Part shown: piece after piece, positions 36,284 through 41,430 of the stretch
Position numbering within the stretch: position 1 is the first letter of the stretch
Layout: the number at the start of each line of letters is the position of its first letter
Assembly (NCBI GenBank): GCA_018817805.1
Contig: JAHITC010000033.1
Span: 1 to 41,430, forward strand
Origin: Patescibacteria group bacterium
GTDB taxonomy: Bacteria > Patescibacteriota > Kazan-3B-28 > UBA10110
Direction of reading: 5' to 3'
Length of the DNA: 41,430 nucleotides
Notes under the pieces: model-generated
The model's database searches: none
Told to the model about the DNA's origin: nothing
The model's input: only the letters and a program-made list of their open reading frames with translations
Program-made: the position numbers and the translations under genes

Positions 36284-36964
36284 TTAACTCAATTGGTATT
36301 TACCCTTCCGCCGATCGCTAGCTACTCGCCCATCTTTTAATGAAATAACTCGCTTACTAATAGTATCAACGATTTCGCGATTATGCGTAGCCAAAATAAC
36401 AGTAGTGCCAAGTTTGTTAATTTTTAGAAGTAATTGAGTAATTTCCCAAGCATTGCCAGGGTCCAAATTACCAGTTGGTTCATCGGCAATTAAAAGACGG
36501 GGCGAAAAAACCAACGCCCGAGCAATAGCCACTCGTTGTATTTCTCCACCTGAAAGTTCTCTAGGAAAATTAGTAGCCTTATTTTTTAAACCTACTAAAT
36601 CCAAAATCTTCATCACCTCTTTGTAAATTACCGAAGACGGTGCACCTGAAACCTCCATAGCAAAAGCGACATTCTCATAGACATTTTTATGTGGCAGAAG
36701 CTTAAAATCCTGATATACCACCCCAATCTGCCGCCTATAATATGGGATATATCGTTTCTTTAGCAAATGAATGTCTTTGCCATCAATCGTAATTTCCCCA
36801 AAAGTAGGATACTCTTCGCAAGTCAAAAGTTTAATTAAAGTCGATTTACCAGCACCAGAAGGACCAACCAAAATTACAAACTCCTTTGGCATAATCGTAA
36901 AGCTGACGTTGTCGAGCGCTTTGCTTGTTCCGTAATGCTTTGTAACTCTTTTAACTTGAATCAT
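36284..36964 (-). CDS. ftsE: cell division ATP-binding protein FtsE
   Basis: GPSGAGKST, LSGGEIQR and LIADEPTGNLD. Confidence 0.9.
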   Translation of the reverse strand: MIQVKRVTKHYGTSKALDNVSFTIMPKEFVILVGPSGAGKSTLIKLLTCEEYPTFGEITIDGKDIHLLKKRYIPYYRRQIGVVYQDFKLLPHKNVYENVAFAMEVSGAPSSVIYKEVMKILDLVGLKNKATNFPRELSGGEIQRVAIARALVFSPRLLIADEPTGNLDPGNAWEITQLLLKINKLGTTVILATHNREIVDTISKRVISLKDGRVASDRRKGKYQLS

Positions 36965-36998
36965 AAAAATCCCCCTAATAGTTTTAGTTTAGGTTAGT

Positions 36999-38085
36999 TT
37001 ATGGTTTTAACAAAATAACACTATTAATTAGCTCATCCAGATTGCCTTCTTCTAAAACTTCCTTAATCTGGGTGGTAATAAAATTGCTACGATGATCTTT
37101 AATTTGATGGTATGGATGCAACACATACGAACGAACTTGATGGCCAAAATCTCCAGACTGTTCAGAGCTTTTTAGAAATCTTTCAGCCTCGTCTTTATTT
37201 TGTTGATGACGTAGATATAACTTGTGTTTCAGAAGCTTCATCGCAGTTTCTTTGTTTTGCATCTGTGAACGCTCGTTTTGCACAGCAACTGAAAGTTTAG
37301 TTGGCAAATGCGTAATGCGCACTGCCGAATCGGTAGTGTTCACCCCCTGCCCCCCTTTGCCACTAGATTTAAACACATCAACCCGAAGTTCTTTCTCGGG
37401 AATATCCATCTCTTTTATATCCCCTAGATCAGGAATGACTTCGACTAATGCAAAGGAAGTTTGCCTTAGATTTTGAGAATTAAACGGTGAAAGACGCACC
37501 AACCGATGCACTCCTTTCTCAGCTTTTAGAAGACCATAAGCCATGTCCCCTTCTACTCTTAATGTAGCACTTTTCACCCCTGCTTCATTCCCTATAGCTT
37601 GGTCAACAATAGTCATCTTCCATCCTCTACGTACAGCATATTTTTGATACATCTCCATTAGCATTCTAGTCCAATCGGCAGCATCAGCTCCCCCAGTCCC
37701 ACTATGCAGAAACATGTATGCATCCTTGCGGTCGTATTCGCCGTTTAAAACTGTTTCACGCTCTAAGTTATCTAATCGTTTTTGTAAGTCGTCTAATAAC
37801 GCTACTGCCGCTTCATCAGTGCTAGAAAAATCTTCCCCCTTCATTACATTACCCAAGTTACTAAGCTGACTATCTATATCCGAAAGTTCTTCTAGAATCT
37901 TTTTATTCTTTTCAAATTCTTTAGTAATATTTGTAGCATTAACCTGATCCTCCCAAAAAACAGGATCAATCATCTCTTTTTCTAATTGTTTATTTTTTGA
38001 AGTAAGACCGGCCGGGTCAAAGATACCCCCGCAGTCTAGATAGCTGGTCTAAGGCTTCTGCGACTGAAAACTTGATTTCTTTCAT
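36999..38085 (-). CDS. prfB: peptide chain release factor 2, expressed via programmed +1 frameshift (join 38085..38020, 38018..36999)
   Basis: SPF and GGQ motifs occur in the long ORF. The upstream short frame is MKEIKFSVAEALDQLSRLRGYL, ending in CGG GGG TAT CTT TGA C, and the +1 frame continues DPAGLTSKNKQLEKEMIDP. Confidence 0.95.
38016..38032 (-). promoter_or_regulatory. prfB +1 frameshift site (internal SD-like GGGGG, slippery CTT, UGA C)
   Basis: Minus strand GCGGGGGTATCTTTGAC. The core is identical to the classical E. coli site. Confidence 0.9.
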
Positions 38086-38137
38086 AGATATATTATATCT
38101 CAATCATTAAGGATAATGATGAATGTATAACATAACC

Positions 38138-38166
38138 AAAACTCTCCCCACCAAAAGCCGGGAGAG
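38138..38166 (-). terminator. intrinsic terminator 12 nt downstream of the template repeat
   Basis: Minus strand CTCTCCC-GGCTTTTGGTG-GGGAGAG followed by TTTT. Confidence 0.55.
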
Positions 38167-38178
38167 AAATGAAGATAG

Positions 38179-38308
38179 TTGCGGCGGACAAAGACAAAAC
38201 GGTTGTCGCTATACCAATGATTGTCTGGATTGGCATAGTTCGTGTCAAGCCACGGGTCATTATCGTCGTGGTTGACATTGAACACCTTGAGGCCACCGTT
38301 CGAGTCCG
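38179..38308 (-). repeat. DGR-type template repeat (TR), non-coding
   Basis: 130 nt aligning without gaps to 38666-38795 (116/130 identical). All 14 differences are A in this copy on the minus strand. The homologous frame is preceded by TAA, has no ATG (a GTG lies inside it), and is rich in AAY codons. Confidence 0.8.
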
Positions 38309-38570
38309 TTTATGTGCAAAATACCTTCCATTGTCACTGCCCGACAAACGCTTTATCTAGCAGAGTGGCTGGGCTGTATTTTATCCGATTGTCTTTAAAC
38401 AATCTTAGCATCTTACACCAAGTATCTTCATTTTTTGAAGTTTCTACATGTGACCTCTGTTTTCAACCTTAATCGAAAACACTCTCATCACATGGATACT
38501 TAGTTTCGGTAGTCAGAAACCTTGGTCTCTGGCATATTCACCTACTTCCAGACATATTCTACCAGACATG

Positions 38571-38606
38571 AAAAAGCCCAGCTTTAGTTTGAAACTAAAG
38601 CTGGGC
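38571..38606 (-). terminator. intrinsic terminator of the variable-protein gene
   Basis: Minus strand GCCCAGCTTTAGTTT-C-AAACTAAAGCTGGGC followed by TTTTT. Confidence 0.7.
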
Positions 38607-38661
38607 AGGACAAAGTCCATCCATCCAAAGGATTCAAGGGGCCAAGGAACAAGTTCCAAGA

Positions 38662-39294
38662 TTACTTGCGGCGGACAAAGACAAAACGGAAGACGCTAGA
38701 CCAATGATAGTCTGGATCGGCACAGTACGTGTCAAGCCACGGGTCACTACCGACGTGGGAGACATTGAACACCTTGAGGCCACCGTACGAGTCCGCAATG
38801 GGTTCCATGCCGATAAGAATGTATTCTATTGGTGGTTGATCCTGGTAATCCAGACGTAATGCCGGACCAACTTCTGGTGGACAAAGTTGCAAACCCATGG
38901 ACGGCGCTTTTCCGTAGATATCCTTTTGAGTTGCGCCGCTGGGAAATCCGAGTTCAGCGACGGTTACCAACACGAGCTCAACATCGGTTGGTTCGTTTGT
39001 TATCTTGAATGCTGGTTTTTTGATCATGTCATTGGCCCAGTTACCAACTCTGAAACCAGCCTCCTTGAGCGCTTTGAGATAATCATCAGCACTCTTGTGG
39101 GCACCGAGTTTGATGGTCTTCCATGTCTTATTAAATTGACAATGGTCATCAATTACTGCCTGCATGGCAGCTTTTAATCGTCCAAGGTCTTTCTCAGACC
39201 TCCGGCCATCTCGCACCATTTTTATTATGGTCGCGAACCCGACCGTCAACCACTCGATCAAAGTGGCAATTTCAGAGTTTCTGGCTCTTGTCAT
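38662..39294 (-). CDS. DGR target (variable) protein candidate, 210 aa, otherwise uncharacterised
   Basis: ORF with GGAG 6 nt before ATG 39294. The C-terminal 43 codons are the variable repeat, and the C-terminus ...RFVFVRRK resembles the ends of C-type-lectin-fold DGR variable regions. It looks GC-richer than the flanks by eye. Confidence 0.75.
   Translation of the reverse strand: MTRARNSEIATLIEWLTVGFATIIKMVRDGRRSEKDLGRLKAAMQAVIDDHCQFNKTWKTIKLGAHKSADDYLKALKEAGFRVGNWANDMIKKPAFKITNEPTDVELVLVTVAELGFPSGATQKDIYGKAPSMGLQLCPPEVGPALRLDYQDQPPIEYILIGMEPIADSYGGLKVFNVSHVGSDPWLDTYCADPDYHWSSVFRFVFVRRK
38666..38795 (-). repeat. DGR-type variable repeat (VR) at the 3' end of the 210-aa gene
   Basis: Counterpart of the TR. 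It has T/C/G (minus strand) at the 14 TR-adenine positions, changing 12 codons, all non-synonymously. Confidence 0.8.
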
Positions 39295-39413
39295 TTTTAT
39301 CTCCATCCTGTGCTACTAACACAGGGCTCACTCTCTGTAATCCGGCTTTTCACGGCTCGGTGTCTAAGTGGCGCGATAACGCGATGATATCAAGGTCATC
39401 AATTTCCCCCCTA

Positions 39414-39467
39414 ATTTTATTCCTTTTTCAGTTCTCTGTCAAGAGTTATATGCTCTGGGAGCATATA
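39414..39467 (-). promoter_or_regulatory. near-consensus promoter with upstream 10-bp-arm palindrome for the variable-protein gene
   Basis: Minus strand TTGACA (39441-39436), 16 nt, TAAAAT (39419-39414). The palindrome TTATATGCTC-CCA-GAGCATATAA lies at 39445-39467. Confidence 0.55.
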
Positions 39468-39502
39468 ATCAAAACACCTAGATTTTCTCCAGGTGTTTTG
39501 AT
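39466..39502 (-). terminator. hairpin terminator after the surface-protein gene
   Basis: Minus strand AATCAAAACACCT-N11-AGGTGTTTTGATT. Confidence 0.55.
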
Positions 39503-39545
39503 TACTTGTTACTTAAATCTTAATAAAGGGTTAAAAGAAAGTTGT

Positions 39546-41430
39546 TTATTCTTCTTCACCGGTAAAATCTTCCACTATAGTCACAAACCGAAGCTTATTT
39601 CTAATCTGTAACACTTTCCAGGTAGCTATAGTAGCAAGCAATGAAGCAATCGCCATTAATAACCAGTTAAGCGCACCAGTAGGAGTTAATGGGTCCGTAG
39701 ATCCACTGCCAGCCACAGTAATGTCGTTGGCGTAAACCCATATCCCATTTGAGACTTCATTTGCAGATACGAATGCCTTGGCTCTAACTAAAGTATTTCT
39801 AGGCACAACAGAGTTAATAACTACCCTCACTGTCATCGTCTTGCTTTCGTAAGGCATTAAGCTATTGCTTAATGTCCAAGTAATAGTGCGGTTGTTAATT
39901 GTAGGAGCACCGCTACCAGAGCTCGCAGAAATGAATTTAGTATACTCTGGCACATCGAAAGTAGCTCTTACGCCACTTAAGGTTGTGCTGCGGTTGTTAG
40001 TAATTCTTAAGGTATAAGCTAATACATCATTTTCTAGAGCACTACCACCGTTATCATCAATACCACTTAAGGTTGCATCGATACCATAGTTGTTGTCACT
40101 GCCACCAGTTCTGACAATAACATCTGCATAATCAGATCTTTCAATACCATTTCTGTAAGCTCTTACCCTAACAGTATTGTAATAAGTACCTATGTTATTG
40201 CTGGCAGTGAAATAACCACTTTGGTTAATATACCCAGCTTGGCTATTTACCACATCCCAAGTGTAAGAAGCTGAAACAGCATCACCAGATGTGTTATATG
40301 CTTGGGCCGAGAAATAAGTAGAAGCACCAGTATTTAAGGTAACGGTTTGAGGAGCTAAAGTTACATAACTTAACTCATCGTTGTAGTAACCACCAGTTAC
40401 TGTCACGGTAGCAGTGTCGTAGCGTTCGATGCTACCTTGCATGGCTTTAACTTCGACAGTAATTGTGCCTGTGGTATCGCTAGCTTGGTACAAACCATTT
40501 TGACTAATACTGCCACTACCAGAAAGTATTCTCCAGCTGTAACTGACGGAGCTAAACAATGGTGAATGGTTGGTGTCAAATGCTTGTGCATCAAAATCGA
40601 ACGATTGGTTAGTACTAATCGTAATCGAAGATGGATACGCCTCGACATAATCCAAAGCAGTCTGAACAATAATAGAATTTACAGTTACAGTTGCGTAGGC
40701 GTATACCACTTGGCCACCTATGCTACTGCCCATGCTAGCACGCACTTTAACGGTGCTATCAAAAGTACCAGAGGTAGTTCCGGCTGTGAATAAGCCCGTA
40801 TATGGCTCGATGCTGCCACCACTATGGATTACCGACCAGATATAATCTACGCCACTATTAATGATGCGATTGTATTGGTCGTAAGCTGTGGCTGTAAACT
40901 GTCTGGTTTGGTGTGGGTCTAAAACAGTATTAGCAGGATAAACCACTACCGAAGTAAGAATTATTTCTTCTTCAGTTTGATTAATAGTTACACTAACTGC
41001 ATCAGTAATAGTTTTCCCGTTATAACTACCGCTTAACTTAATTGCATTAGCGTAATATCCAGCCCTATTCCCAGCTGAATATAAGCCAGATTGGGTAATG
41101 GTGCCTACTTCAGTCGAGTTGTATCCACTCTCTATACTCCAAACAAATGAAGTAACCGAAGTAATATCATTTCCACTTGTATCGTAAGCTCTAGGATATA
41201 GCTGTTTGCTGTAATTCGGATCGATACTAAAGCTAGAGATTGATGAACCAACATTATCGATAATTTCGACTCTGAATAATGTCGCTACCGGTGTATCACC
41301 TTTAGTTACAATTACTCTAGCGTAAACTTCCAAAGCTCCATTAGGACTAGTAGCAGTTAGTTTAACTACATTGTTGTAAGTGCCAATGTTATGACCAGCT
41401 GTAAAGTAACCGGTTTGAGTAATTGAACCA
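39546..41430 (-). CDS. large surface protein, 5'-partial: repeated Big_2-like Ig domains, DUF11-like domain, C-terminal membrane anchor
   Basis: Repeats of the type G.I...G.FTAG...GTY...V.V. LAYTLRITNN...L.GV is DUF11-like. C-terminal helix LNWLLMAIASLLATIATW. The frame stays open to 41430 (GSITQTGYFTAGHNIGTYNNVV...), so the M at 41333 is not the start. Confidence 0.8.
   Translation of the reverse strand, partial: GSITQTGYFTAGHNIGTYNNVVKLTATSPNGALEVYARVIVTKGDTPVATLFRVEIIDNVGSSISSFSIDPNYSKQLYPRAYDTSGNDITSVTSFVWSIESGYNSTEVGTITQSGLYSAGNRAGYYANAIKLSGSYNGKTITDAVSVTINQTEEEIILTSVVVYPANTVLDPHQTRQFTATAYDQYNRIINSGVDYIWSVIHSGGSIEPYTGLFTAGTTSGTFDSTVKVRASMGSSIGGQVVYAYATVTVNSIIVQTALDYVEAYPSSITISTNQSFDFDAQAFDTNHSPLFSSVSYSWRILSGSGSISQNGLYQASDTTGTITVEVKAMQGSIERYDTATVTVTGGYYNDELSYVTLAPQTVTLNTGASTYFSAQAYNTSGDAVSASYTWDVVNSQAGYINQSGYFTASNNIGTYYNTVRVRAYRNGIERSDYADVIVRTGGSDNNYGIDATLSGIDDNGGSALENDVLAYTLRITNNRSTTLSGVRATFDVPEYTKFISASSGSGAPTINNRTITWTLSNSLMPYESKTMTVRVVINSVVPRNTLVRAKAFVSANEVSNGIWVYANDITVAGSGSTDPLTPTGALNWLLMAIASLLATIATWKVLQIRNKLRFVTIVEDFTGEEE

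Noticed and set aside
38093-38347. Track ORFs of 84 aa and 61 aa, and my first reading of this stretch as a truncated paralog pseudogene of the 210-aa gene.
   Set aside because: There is no ATG or RBS in the homologous frame (the track M is a GTG), and a TAA stop lies directly upstream of it. The mismatch spectrum is 14/14 at adenines of this copy, with 8 A/T transversions. Ordinary paralog decay does not produce that pattern, but a DGR template repeat does.
1-41430. CRISPR arrays, rRNA genes, prophage blocks and a reverse transcriptase ORF.
   Set aside because: I found no regularly spaced direct repeats, no rRNA-like segments and no phage structural genes. No track translation shows RT motifs 4-5 (Y-x-DD). 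This absence comes from reading by eye, not from a search.

Overview
This is an AT-rich, gene-dense bacterial chromosome segment with almost all genes on the minus strand. It uses the standard code with UGA as stop, shown by an intact prfB +1 frameshift site (CTT TGA C). The core content is a split dcw/mur cell-wall cluster: mraZ-rsmH-ftsL-ftsI-murF-mraY-murD-ftsW-murG, then about 5.4 kb of other genes, then murC-ftsQ. Other housekeeping genes are dnaX, dnaB, ybaB-recR, cysS, glyQS, rplI, ftsE-ftsX with M23 and S41 peptidases, prfB, truB, dus and one tRNA-Gln(UUG). The compact layout and many small hypothetical or lipoprotein genes fit a small-genome organism, possibly Patescibacteria/CPR-like, but that is inference only.

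Three accessory parts stand out:
- (a) Positions 1-2863 hold a small island between a transposase remnant and tRNA-Gln. Its short genes are separated by three copies of a 50-80 nt intergenic module.
- (b) Positions 17616-18131 are a 515-bp ORF-free, hairpin-rich locus with its own minus-strand terminator. It is a candidate ncRNA or leader.
- (c) Positions 38086-39502 carry the most interesting signal, a diversity-generating-retroelement (DGR) style repeat pair. A non-coding 130-nt template repeat (38179-38308) matches a 130-nt variable repeat encoding the C-terminus of a 210-aa protein (38666-38795). They differ at 14 positions, and every one is an adenine in the template (coding-strand sense). 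All 14 fall on 1st or 2nd codon positions, mostly of AAY, GAY and TAY codons.

No reverse transcriptase or Avd gene is visible anywhere in the window, and the template repeat sits between two intrinsic terminators directly upstream of prfB. All calls come from reading the sequence and ORF translations by eye. No database search was run.
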